A DNA stretch of 64,000 nucleotides, taken from assembly GCA_002104945.1 (NCBI GenBank), contig MCFH01000001.1, positions 1,364,001-1,428,000 of the forward strand, read 5' to 3'. Positions 33,262-47,100 of the stretch are shown here, piece by piece. The notes below the pieces were generated by a model that ran no database searches, was not told the origin of the DNA, and saw only the letters and a program-made list of their open reading frames with translations. Source of the stretch: Piromyces finnis finn (Eukaryota; Fungi; Neocallimastigomycota). Made by a program: the position numbers and the translations under genes. The stretch's first letter is position 1, and each line of letters starts with the position of its first letter.

Positions 33262-36200
33262 ATGTGGATATTAGAAAATCTCAAAGATAGTAAAATATTA
33301 TTTTAAAAATAATTCTAAATGTCAATTAAATATATTATTTAATAATTAAACAACTATTTTTCTTTCTTTATAAATATGAAGAAACCAATATCTGGCTAAA
33401 ACCAGGAATTACAATTACAGTAGGAAGAAAAGGTAAACATTACAACATTAATCTATTTAATAAGAAATTAATATTTAATTTGAGAAATTAATTTATTTTT
33501 TAATATTTTGAATAATTTATATACAATGACATTAAAATTAAATAAAAGATTCAGATATATTAATTTTAAATGACCGTTCTGTTAGTAGAAAGCATGCAAA
33601 ATTTCATGTCGAAAAAATAGGAATTAATAAAACAGTATGAAATATAAATATAAAATATATAAATGTATTTCTTATTTTTGAATTATGTTAATATATAATT
33701 TCTTTTGGAAAAATAATATAAAGAACGACCAAACCTATAAACCGCAGGTGGTATTGAAAGATCTTGATTCAAAGTTTGGAACAACTGTTAATATGCAAAG
33801 AATTAGTGGCTCAGTTATACTATCAGAAAATAGTAATATCAAGTTCGGTGCTTTTTCTGAATATAGGTATTATATATTTACAATAATAATTTTTATAAAT
33901 TAATAATTAAAATTTATTATATTTTAGGCTTAAATACATTTCAATTGTTGTATGCTTTTCAAGTTTAACTTCATTCGAAAGAGCTGAATTGACAGCATTA
34001 GCAGTTAAAAATGGTAATAATTGCCTTAAAATAAATATTATTTAAAATAATGTTATTAAAAATCAAAATATAAATATTTAATTAAATTTTATTTTAATAT
34101 TTTATTAACATCTTTAAGGTATAACTTTAACAAAATCCTGGAATTCAAATTGTACACATCTGATAATGAATAAAATTAAAGTTACTCAAAAAGTTATATT
34201 AGCATTAATTTATAATAAAAATATTGTAAATATGAAATGGCTAGAAGATTTTGAAAACTGTGATATTAAAAACTTTAAATTACCTAATGAGTCAAAGTAT
34301 ATATCAAATATAATTAATAATTTATATTTTTAATATTAATTATCATTCTTATAATAAATATAATGTAAAACAAGTTTTTTTCCATTAATAAGTGAAAATG
34401 ATATATTTGAAAAATTAACTCCTGAAATTTTCAGACCTAATATAAAAAGAAAAAATTTATTTAAAGATATAACATTTGTTACTTTTAGTTTAAATCAGGT
34501 AAAATTATAATATTTCTTAAGTTCATTTTATATAAAAATAAATAAATTTTAATATGTAAAATATTAATACATTAACTTTAGTGTAATAAATTAGCATCAA
34601 TTATTGAGGCTGCTAATGGATCTATTGTTTCATTATATGATAAAATGAAAAATAATGAAATAAAATATATAAATGATTTAATTTCTACTTTAGATAAATA
34701 TAAAAATGCTTGCATGATCGAACCATCTGATGACATTAATGATGATCAAAAACAATTAATCATAGATACAGGAAAATTGTAATAATATTATATTAAATAA
34801 GCATTAAAAAAAAAAAAAATTAATAAAATATACATTTTCTAATATTCTATAAATATGTATCTATTTATGTTTTTTATAGTTTAAATCAGAGATTAATAAA
34901 TGATTCAGAAATTGGGTTTTCTGTAATATATGCTTCAACAGACTTATTCACAAATAAAGATATTTTAGCTATTGATAAACATACGGATATTATAAAAGAA
35001 ACACAATATATACCAACTCTTGCAAATAATTCATTAGTATTCAATCCACAAAATGATTTTTCTAAGTCAAATATATTTTCTTTAGATACAAATATTAAAC
35101 AAGATAATAAAAATAGTACTATTTTAAACGAGTACAATAGTGATGATAGTAGAATTTTCAATATTACAAATAAAATAACAGAAAATGGTATAATACTAAA
35201 TGATGATAATAATAAAAATATTGTTAATAAGGATTTGAAAGATCATTTTGATAATGATTCTAATAAAAGTTTAAATAATGAATTATTTGAGAATAATTCA
35301 TCTTTAAAAATAAAATCAAAAGCAAATAACAACAACAACAACAACAATAATAATAGTAATACCAATACTAATACTAATACTACTACTATTACTACTACTA
35401 CTAATAATAATAATAATAATAATAATAGTAATAATAATAATAGTAATATTGAAAATAAATCGAATTTAAGTAATGAATATGATGACATTAATAAAATGTC
35501 TATATTTGAAAATAAAAATAAAGTATACGAAAGTGAGGTATATTTTTAATTTTATAGTATATTAAAATTTTAAATTCTATCATTTAATTAAAGACAATAA
35601 AATTTTAATAACAATTTATATATATATTTGTATATTTATTATTATTTTGAAATTTAAAAATTAAAAGCATAGTGTTATAAGTGAAAAAAGCCAAAATCTT
35701 TCATTATTTTGGGATAATATAATAGATATATCATTAGAAGATGAAAAACAAGAAATTAATGATGAGAATAAAGAAGATATAGAAAATGATATTTCTTTAA
35801 ATACAATAAATAAAAGTGATATTAAAAATAAAAATGATACAAATATCATCAATATAAATACAAATAATAAAAACGTCATAAACATTAATAATATTAATAA
35901 TTTCAACTTTAATAGTTTACATGATTCATCAAATAATACTTTAATAAAACAAAATGATATAGAAAATAAAAATATTAATAAAATTAATGGTGAAGTCAAA
36001 AATAAAGAAGACAATAAAGATCAAATCAAAACTAATGATTATAGTCAAAAAGAGCCTTTTCAAACTAAAGGTATAGTCTAAAGAATTAAGGAAAAAAAAG
36101 AATTTTTTCTTAATTTTTTTAATTTTTTATTATTATTAGAAATTCTAAAATTTAAAAAGTAGTTATAAATTATAAAATACTTTTTTTATAAAAATATAAA

Positions 36201-37020
36201 ACTAATATTGATTTATTAACATTCTTACACACACATATATATATTTATTTATTTGTATAAAGACAATAATTATTATAATATTGAAAATAAGCCTTTATTT
36301 TATAAGTATGATTTAATTGTTAATGACCAAGAAATTTATAATGAGGAACAAGTTATAGAAAATATAAATGAAACAAAAAAGGAGATATATAAAGAAAATA
36401 GAAAAAGAAAAGACGATTCATTATTTGATAATGAGAATGAAAGTGAAGAAGAAAATAGTAGAATATCAATGACTAATAGTCCTCAAAATAATTATCAATT
36501 AAATGATGAACTAAACATTGAAGTTGTTGTTTCTTTTTCAGATGATTTAATTTTTAATAAAAATACTAAAGAAAGTAAAAATAAATTGGATAATAATAAT
36601 AAATATCAAGGTATTAATTTTAAAAGGTTCAAAAAGTCAAAATACATTAAAAATAAAGATGTAATTGATAAAAATTTGTTATTTTATTATGAAGATAATA
36701 AAGTTTCTGAAGAATGGCTTATGGATAATGAAAATAAAACAAAGAAATCATCAGAAGTAATGTTAGTGAAAACAAAAACATTACTAAACACAAATTCTAT
36801 TGATAATGATGGTTTTTTTTCAATAATGACTCATAAAAATGATATTAATACAAAAAATGATAAAATTACTGAAGATGATATTAAAAAAGGAAAAATAAAT
36901 AAGATAGGATCTTCTAAATCAAAAGTAATAAATAAAAACAAAATTAAAGATGAATTTTTAATATCTGACGATGATGATGACGATGATGATGATGATGATG
37001 AAAAATTTGTATGGAATTAA
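33262..37020 (+). CDS. NBS1: Nibrin/Nbs1/Xrs2 (FHA-BRCT-BRCT, MRN complex)
   Basis: About 10 exons. It starts MWIL. FHA: VGRK|DSDILILNDRSVSRKHA...DLDSKFGTTVN. BRCT: CTHLIM...KVILALI...IVNMKWL. Mre11-binding NFKRFKK. Acidic C-tail D(n)EKFVWN. Confidence 0.9.
35327..35446 (+). repeat. Coding AAC/AAT/ACT triplet repeats (poly-Asn, NT, poly-Thr) in NBS1
   Basis: Seen directly, in frame within an NBS1 exon. Confidence 0.85.
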
Positions 37021-37572
37021 TTTTGTAGAAATAATCTAATAATTTAAAAAAGACTATTAATGAAATATTAAAAAAAATAATATCAATTTAACAAAATATC
37101 ATTAAAAAACATACCGTATATTTATATTTTAATAAAACACATATTATTTTATTGATTTTAATTTATAATACATTCAATTAAATAAATAAAAAATAAAATA
37201 AAAAATAAAAAAAATCCTTTATATAAATCTAAAATATTTTGGATGGATGTATATAAAGATTAATGTATCTACATTTTAATAATTTTGGTTTAATCATTAA
37301 TTTTTAAAATTTTAGAATTTCTTTTTATTGATATAAATATATAAATATTTTGAGATATTGCTAATAAATATATAAATTAAATAATATATAATAGAAATAG
37401 ATAGAATTTATATTATAAAAAAATCAATATTCATTATAATAATTTCAATAACTATAATAATAGAACAAAAAAAGAATATTTTCTAAAACTGTTAAATCCC
37501 TAAAATATTATTACTATCAATAATTTTTTTCTTTTTTTTTTTTTTTAAAAAAAATAATACTATTAATAAAAT

Positions 37573-37755
37573 ATGACAACAAATTTAAAAATCATTCTTA
37601 ATAGATTATTAAAAGAAAATTTACATCCCCCAACAATTCTACAAATAAATACACCATTAAGAGATGATTGGGTTATAGTTGACAATAAATTATCACTAAA
37701 TACAGACCAAGATTTAGATTATCAGGATCCTCGTTGGTGTGAATTATTTAGAGAG

Positions 37756-37795
<40 letters not shown>

Positions 37796-39370
37796 GTATT
37801 CAATAACATTTATTTGAATTTTATGTTAAATTTTTATTTAATTTATAAAATAGTTTTTCTTAGAATCTTCTTGTTCATTTAATGATGATTTACTTTTATT
37901 TGTAAGACAACCTCATAATGATAACCTTGATCAAGATCCTGTTTTTGTTAAACGTAAAATAAATAATGAAATGCCAACATTGTCAGATATCGTTTTATGG
38001 AAAGATACATTTTTCTTAAATTTAATTTCTCAACTACCATGTAGACTTACTGCTTCAATTTGCTGTAGAAAAGAATGTAATTAACATGTTCATAAATACT
38101 TTAAATAATATTAAATTTAAAATATGTATAAATTAATTAATTATAAATTAATAAAAACCATAAAGATAAAGACATTCTTTATGAAAATCAAGAAAATAAG
38201 AAAAATATTGAAATTCAAGAAAATATCAAATCAGATAATAAAACTTCCTGTTCACAGTCAAAATTAAATATTAATACTAATAATCTGAATAAGCAGCAAC
38301 CTCAATATAAAGGTGGTATGTGGTGTGTTCGACGTACTAGCAGAAAAGTATATGCAGTCCCATATAAATCAAGCATTGAATTTAAAGAAACGACACATGA
38401 ATGTTCATATCCTAATGTATATTATACTCTAAATAATTTTGAAGATGAAGAATTACAATTACCAATACAAGAAAATGAATATTTATGTGTTGAACTTGCG
38501 GTTTTGATACCAGATAATACAGAAATGATGCCAATTTATGATGAAAATTATGAAGCAGATAAAAATACTATCGATTCTCCTCCATTTGGTTGTCCTCCAA
38601 ATCATACCAAAATTGTATTATTTCAAGGATCTGTTTCCTTTAAAGCATTATTTGATGCATATGTATTAAAAGGAATGTCATCATTGTCATTTAGTGAAAA
38701 ACTTACTAGAAGTTTTGTAAAGTCATCTCCAAAAATTAAAACAGGTATTTATCCAAAAAATAAAATAAAATTAGATAAAAAAGATTAAATAAATAAAAAA
38801 GAGAAACAAATATTCATTATTATTATTATTATTATTATTATCAATATTAAAAATAATATAATATTTTATAACAATAAAAAGAATATATAATGATGCGTGG
38901 ACCTAATGGAAAAGGACATTGTCGCGTAGCCATAACCGACAGTTATTTAAATGAAAACTTAGAATTAAAAGAAAAAATACAAGAAAAAGAAAAAAATCAT
39001 TATAAAAAAAACTCTTTTACTGATAAGATAAAAAAATTGACTTCCCAATTTTCACCAAATAATATTCCTGAAGAAGAATTATATAATAAATTTAATGCAT
39101 CAATGACCTCTGTTAATGTAAGATGGGAAACTGTAATTGAGTAAGTTGCAATTATTTTATTATAAATATATATTCATTTGTTATTAACATTATATTATAA
39201 TTATAATATTATATACAAATAATAATTTACAATTATAACAAATTTAAATATAAATACATTTATAAAGACATCTATATGAATATGCAAAGAAAATGAATAT
39301 GAATATCAATGAAGAAAATTCAATAAGTAATAGTGCTAATTTTGAATCAAGTAAAATTAATGACAGTTAA
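37573..39370 (+). CDS. KIAA0930/DUF2045-family protein
   Basis: Five exons (37573-37755, ~37855-38076, ~38166-38743, ~38882-39140, ~39268-39370). NDDLLLFVR, WKDTFFLNLI, RKVYAVP, SYPNVYYTLNNFE...EYLCVEL, LFQGSV and MRGPNGKGHCRVAI. Confidence 0.8.
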
Positions 39371-41170
39371 TCTCAGAATTCTAATAATATTCTAAATAAA
39401 ATTATTACATTCATTAAACTAGCAAAAATGCCAATATAAATTATAATAATGACAAGATAAGAAATAAAACAGAAAATATAAAAATATTAAATGAAATCTA
39501 TTTCATGATAATTGAATTGTTAATATATATCTTGTTTAAAATTTAAAATGTTTTTTTCATTTTTCATAAATATAATAAAAAAAGATTAATTAAAATAAAT
39601 AATAAAAATAAAACTGTTATTTAGTCTAATTATATAATAAAAAATATTTTTATAGTATGAACTTCTTAATTTAATATTTAATTTCCATTATTAACTTTAT
39701 TTATTGCTAGTGTTAAATTATTGATTTATTTTAATATTATGTTTTTATTAAAATTTATTGATTAATAATGAATTATTATTTATTAAGCTTTTTTTTTATA
39801 ATCAAGGTAAAAATGGATTATTTGCTTTTTATTTTTATTGGCAGATAAATATTCACATATAATAATTAAATTGAAGCTGAGAACTTTATTTAATATTTTT
39901 TTAATTATTCTGTCTATATAAAAAAAAAAAATATGAATCTTACATAATATCGAATTCATTGTTATATTAAATAAAAATTAATTATTTAAGGATATTTTAT
40001 CAATAATAAATTCATTTATTCTGGTTACATCTAACAAATTTTATTTAATGTTATTATAATATATTGATATATTAAATTTTTGTATTATTTTATTATATAT
40101 ATTTTTATATAAATACATCCTTTTTTTTTTTTTTTTTTTTTAATTTTGTTATATTATCCTAAACTTCAAAAATAACTATTTATGAAATAGCCTTTCCTTT
40201 TTTTTTTTTTTTTTTATAAAATATTATTAAATTATATATCTTTTAATTATTTAAAGAATAAAAATAATCTTTAAATATTTATTATTAAAAGATAAAGTTA
40301 TATAATATTTTTATACATTTTCTTAATTTTAGTATTTAAATTAAAGTAAATTTAATTTATTAGATGAAATAATTCATAAGTATAAGAAAATAGTTTTTTT
40401 TTTTTTTTTTTTATTTTTGGTTCTTAAAATAAAAATTTATATAAAAAAAATTAAAATTATATAAAAAAAATAAAGTAATAATTTACTATATTTTTTCCTT
40501 GTATATTTTTAATTATATATTTTTATTTTCCTTTTTTTTTTTTTTTGTATATAATTAAAATATAAATAACAGTTAAAAATTTAAAAAAAAAATAAAAATA
40601 AAAAATAAAAAAAAAATAAAAATAAAAAATAAAAAGAAAAGGAAAAATAAAATAAAGGAAAGGAATTAAAACAAAAAGTAAATATAAATAAGCAAATTAA
40701 TAAAACAATTAGTATAATTCATAATTTAAAAATAAACATTAATAAAATATCTTTAAGATAAACAAACTAAAAAAAAAAAAATAAAGAAGAAAAAAAAAAT
40801 AATAAATTACTTAAATAATTAAAAGAAGAGAAAAATAAAAGAAAAATAAGGTATATTATTTTTTTCGATAAATTATTTTAATAATTTTTATTAGAAACTT
40901 TTAATTATAATTATAAAAATCAATATTGATAAAAAAAAAAGATTATATTATCTAGTTATTGTAATTGTCAATAACAGCAATAACAACAACAACAATAATA
41001 ATAATAAACAAAATACATAATTAATTATTTTTAATTGCATATTTTTTAATTTAAATTATTTTTTGTCTTTAAATAATAATTTCTAAAATATTTATTGTTT
41101 ATTTATATTTCATATTAAAATTATATATATAGTTTATTGTTATTTTTATGTTTGAAATATAAATTAATAA

Positions 41171-44100
41171 ATGTCTTGGCTATTAAAACGAGTAGTTTCT
41201 CATAGAAAAGGTGATAGACGTCGTTTTTCTAATGGTGAATCAAGTGAATTAAGAGTTAGAAATCTTAATAGTGATCATTTACAAGCTCAAAAGAAAACTT
41301 TTACAAGATGGTGTAATGCTCAATTATCAAAAGTAGAGGAAGAAGAAAGCGAGGATAAAAATAAATATTTAATTGATGATTTACAAATTGATTTACAAGA
41401 TGGTATTAGACTTTTAAAATTATTAGAAGTTCTTTCTGGTGAAGAGCTTCCTAAACCAGAAAAATCAGGAAGAATTATAATAAGAATACATAGAATATTG
41501 AATGTTGGAAAAGCTTTAACATTTTTGCAGTCAAAATTAAATGAACCATTACCCAATATAGGTAGTGAAGATATTGTTGATGGGAATTTAAAATTAACTA
41601 TGGGTTTAATATGGGTTATTATTTTAAGATTTAAAATTGGAATTATTGCTGAAAAAGAACAGAATATTCAAGATGAAAATGTATTAGAAATTGAAGTATA
41701 TCCAAATCAAGTAATTTCATTTCATTAATATATAATTATTAAAATTTATATATATATATTTTTTAATTTTTAGATGATATTATTTTTACAATTACTTAAA
41801 ATTATAATTAATATAAAAAAACTTTACTTTAATTTTATAGGAACCTGATTTATCTATTACAGAAGATGTTATAAGTTCATCAGAAAAGAAAGAAAGAAGA
41901 AAGTCAGCTAAACATCAAAGTACTACTGGTACTACATCATGGGATGATGATGAAGAAGAGCCACAAATTATTGATATTTCAAAAAAGAGAAATAAAAATA
42001 AAAGAAGATCAACATTTAGAAGGTCAATGTTTAGACGTTCATCTTATGGTGATGAACAATCTACACCTGCAATGCCAAAAAGGCAATCTATAAGAAAAGC
42101 TGTTCTTATCAAAAATACAGCAGCAAATGCAAAAACTTCTTTATTAAATTGGTGTAAAAGTGTATTAAAACCATACGTTGAATTAGGAATTATAAATGAA
42201 ATTCAAGATTTTTCAAAATCATGGCAGAATGGTGTAGCATTTTTAGCATTAGTTCATAAAATGCAGCCTTCAATTATGCCTGAAATAGAAGAATTAATAC
42301 AAGCTAAAGAAACCAATCAACCATATGGTATTCCTTCATTATATACCTCTGACGATCCAGAAGATTGGTTTCAAAATTTATATACAGCATTTCAAATTGC
42401 TGAAAAATGTTTTGGTATAGCTCAGCTTATTGATGCTAATGATATTTGTAGAGTAAGTTCTCCAGATGAACGTATTATTATGACATATATTAGTGAATTT
42501 TATTTTGCTTTTGAACGTAACTACAATAACATTAAAAATAATGAAAAAAGAGAAGATATAACAAATATTGTAACTAAAAATAACGAAGAAGAAAATTCAG
42601 TTAATAATATAACTGAAGATGAAAAACAAAATAAAGAATTACCAATTGAAGAAGAAAATATTGTAACTAAAAATACTTATCATGACGAAAGAACTGAGGA
42701 AGACTTTAAATTAGATAAAGAATATCAAATTCGTATTGAAGAATTTAACAATAAGCATGTTGATTCTTTAATAAACGAATTGGATAATATTATTCATAAT
42801 TATCTTGATAAGGCAAATAATTTTTCAGGATGGGTTAAAGAGACACAACAAGTACAATATCAATTATTATGGTTCTTATATTCGCCACCACAAGAACAAG
42901 ATCAAAAAAATGTAATCACTCCACAACAGTCCATAGTATCAAGAATTTATGAGCCACTATATAATTCTAGTTCTTCTGTTGATATATTAGAATCTGTTAT
43001 AAATGAATGTATGACGTCTTTAAGATCTGAATTAGAAAATATTAATTATGCAAATACTAAGGGTGGAATAATGAAACGTGAATTAGATAGAGAATTTTTA
43101 TTAGTTACTGAAATAGCTAGAGCTATTGAAAAAAAGCAAAACAAAAATAATAATGAAGTTGCTAGTATTGCCACTGTTTATGCTACTCAGTCATCAATTC
43201 TTCAACATTTAGATCGCTTAATTTCTCATACTTATGTATCAGCTTCAAATGTCTTACAAAATTTTGTATTATGGGTAAAGGAATGGGAAGTAGTGTTAGA
43301 TTGTGTTGAAGAAGACTTATTAAATGAAGAAAAAAAGGATGATGGTAGACCAGAAAGCTTAAAGTCTGAAGTTAATAAATGGATACAAAATGTTAATGGT
43401 TTAGTTGAAACTATTGGATCACTTTTAGTTAAACGTGAAAAATACCTACAAAAAAGAAAAACAGATTTAGAAAATCTCACAAAAAATAGTGAAAATAGAG
43501 CAATTGAAAAAATAAGAAAAAGATGGTTAACTTTACATGGTATTGTAAGAAATATTCTTGGTGATGAATTTGTTCCGGATATTTCATCATTCCTTATTCC
43601 AACTATGATTGAAATTCCAGAAGAAAATTACTTTGTTGAATTAGAGATGGAGTTAACATCACTCTCTAGAACCTTAAATAATGAATATCCATCGAAACTT
43701 GATAATCTTCATCAACGTGTAGAAAGTTTAGTTTCTTTTGTAACAGCTGAATTTACAAGACGTCCATTACTTTCAAGAAGAGCTTTCCCTGATTTACCAT
43801 TAGGTGGTATAGCTCAATTATCAAGAATTCCAACTTTATCATCTGTTCCACCACCAAATTTACAATTTAGTAATTTCCCTGCATTTGTTTTAGTTCATGC
43901 AGATAGATTAATTAAAAGTGGACAAAATGATGTATTAAAGCCATTGGAATTAAATGTTATAGATACAATTAATAAGCAAAAAGAAACTGTTAATAAACTA
44001 TTAGAAAATGTTCATACTCACAGAAAAGAATCTGATGAAGTAAGAGATATCTTAAAGAAAGAAGAGCAAAATGAACAAGAAAAAATTCAAATTGTTCAAA

Positions 44101-47100
44101 ATATTTCAAATGATTATTGTAAAATGATAAAACGTCTAGACGAGTGGCTTAATGGTACAACTAAAGATTTCCAAAGAATTAAAGAACAAATTCCTCATGT
44201 TTTGAGTAGATTACAGAACCAAAATGGTAATTTTAGAGAAGCTGATCATACTTGGATGAAAGGAACTGAGGATTGGTGTTCTTCTATTTTAGTTGATATA
44301 GAATTATTATCTTCAAATCAAAGTAACAATGAAAATGTTGTAGTACCATCAAAGGCACTCATAGAAAAAACTTGGAAGAAACTAAATGATATTATATTTT
44401 ATTCAAAATCAGATTCAAAAAAAATTATGGATAAAAAAGAAGTCCAACAATTTCATAATATTACACCTTTCCACAATAAAATTTTCGATAAAATGGATGA
44501 GTTAAAATCTTCACTTGAAATATTTGTTAATTCATTCTTATCACCATCAAAACGTTCATTAGATGATCAAATGGATCTAAAGGCTCAAGATTTAGTTGAG
44601 AAATGGAAATCACAATGTAAGGATATTCAATCATTTATTGAAACCAATTATAGTATTCGTGTAAGTGATAAGCCTGACGAAGAAAATGATAAAAATGTTT
44701 TTGATGAATTAGAGCAATTGTTTAATTTATGGAGTAGTAAAGAAGATGATTTTGATGATGACCTTAATATTATTCTTACTAATGAAGAAGATTTACATAG
44801 AAAGTTAACTAGTTTGCAACAACGTTTAACACAAGTATCTGGTTTAAATTCAGAATCTTCATTATCACCATTGTCGTTAAAAATTGGCAAATTCAAGAAA
44901 TATACGTTTACAAATTTCACTTCATTAAGTAATGAAGTTATTAAAAGTTTACCTGCTGATGTGAATAAATTTGGAATATCTCGTCAAACAATCCGTTCTA
45001 AATTAGAAACCTTAAATAATCAACTGAATAAATTAATTGAATTAGATGCTGAATATCTTAGTAGTCATTCACAAAATAAAAATTATGATAATAAGGATAC
45101 CATTGCTAAAAACTCAGAATTAGAATTTACTATTAATATTATAGTTTTAAATATTGAATGGGTAAAAATGCTTTCAAAAATTAGTAATGAATTAGATAGC
45201 GAAAAAAGTCTTATTAAAAATCTTGAACGAATTAAAAACACTTCAAAATCATCTATACAATTATTAATGTCTGATGATGGAGAAATAACAAATGAAGATT
45301 CTGAATATTTATCTTTAGCTAAGCCAATATTAAGTGATTGTCAACAAAGATTAAAGGAATCTATATATGAAGATATTAAAATCTTGGATAATTATCAAGT
45401 TCAAAGAAATGAGTTAATTTCATCTATAAGAAATATTGAAAATCCATCTTTTATTTCTAATTTTACTTCTAATCAATATGTAAATATTCACATGAATAAC
45501 TTAAATCAATATGATGACAAAGTTAGAATTACCTATATGAATGCACAAAAACTTGTCTCTTGTTCTACTCATTGGTATAATATTTATCGTCAAATGTTTG
45601 ATTGGATGATATATATTGATCGTACTAGAGCTGATACTGAAGAAAGAATTCGCCGTTATTCTCAGGGAGGATCAAGAGCCGTTCCAAATGGCTTAGATGA
45701 AAATGTTACTGAAGAATTAATTATCCAATGTGAGAAAGATCAGAAACATTTGGAAGATAGAACTAAAGAATGGAAAGAAAATCCAAGATTTAAAAAAGTT
45801 AAGAAGTTAAGTAGCAAGCTTTCAGAACTTATTACATCTGTTTCAGAAGAAAATGATGTAATGTCAGAAGAAGAATGTAAAAATATTGATGCTTATATTA
45901 AAAATAAGGTTGAAAGATTTAATGAAGTTTTCAATCAATTTTGTCAAACCATTCGTAAAAGAAAGCATGATGTTATTCGTTTACGTAAAGTGTTTACAGA
46001 AGTTTCTCAACCATGTAAGCAATTGTTAAAAGAAATAAGTGAAATCGAAGAAGAATTAGTTGGCGTTAACACTATTATTAAGAATAAAGAATTTACTGAG
46101 GAAAGTGTATCTCAAGTTATTAAATCTTTAAATGATCGAACAGTAGAAGTTACAAATAAATGTAATGACTTAGACAATGTAATTAAAAATATGTCTGAAA
46201 CACTTCCTGAAAGTCCAAGAGTCTCTTCAAGAGTTTCATCATATAAGCATGTTAGTATGCTCCTAAGACCAGTAATTGATTCAAGAGTTTTTGAATTAGT
46301 TAATGAAGTTAATCAAAAAGGACATGTTCTTAAAAAGAAAATGGAAAAAACTGTATCAGAAATCACTAAAATAGCAATAAATAATTGGGAAAATGATAAT
46401 ATTTTAGAATTGCAGAATTGGATTGAACGTACTCAAGCTGAAATTGAAAGATCAATTGATACAGATGAAAACATATCAGTTCTTTTAGAAGCACACCTCG
46501 AAAAGTATGAAAAATATAAAAATGAAGCTAACGAAAAAAGAGATTTGTTAACTCTTGCTGAAAATAAAACTGAAAACTTGGTTAAGACTTTACGTTCTTG
46601 GGCAATTTCAAATAATAGTGGTTGTAATAAAACATTAAGTGTTAATAAAAGCAACCGTATGTCAAATAGAATGTCGATTCGTGAATCATTTATTCGTACA
46701 ACAAGCTCATCCTTTTTAGGAAAACGTGAATCATATAATCTTCCAAAGAGAATTTCAAATATATCTGATCTTCCTTCTCAACCTGACTTATTACAAATTC
46801 GTTTTAATGAACTTTCTAAAGCATTTAATGGATTATATGATCATATTGAACAAGAAACTAAATTTTATAATTACTCCATTGAAGTATATAAGGCTATTAA
46901 AGATACAACTAAAGATATTAGTGAATTCAAGCAATTAACAGATAACATTATGCAAGGTTCATTATCTTCTAAGGAAAGAGAATTAAATACAGAAGAATTA
47001 GAAAAACAATTGAAATCTTTAGAAGATGAAAAAATGAATAATGGATTAATTGGATACATTGATCATCTTTCTTCACTTCAATCTAAAACTCCAACAAAAG

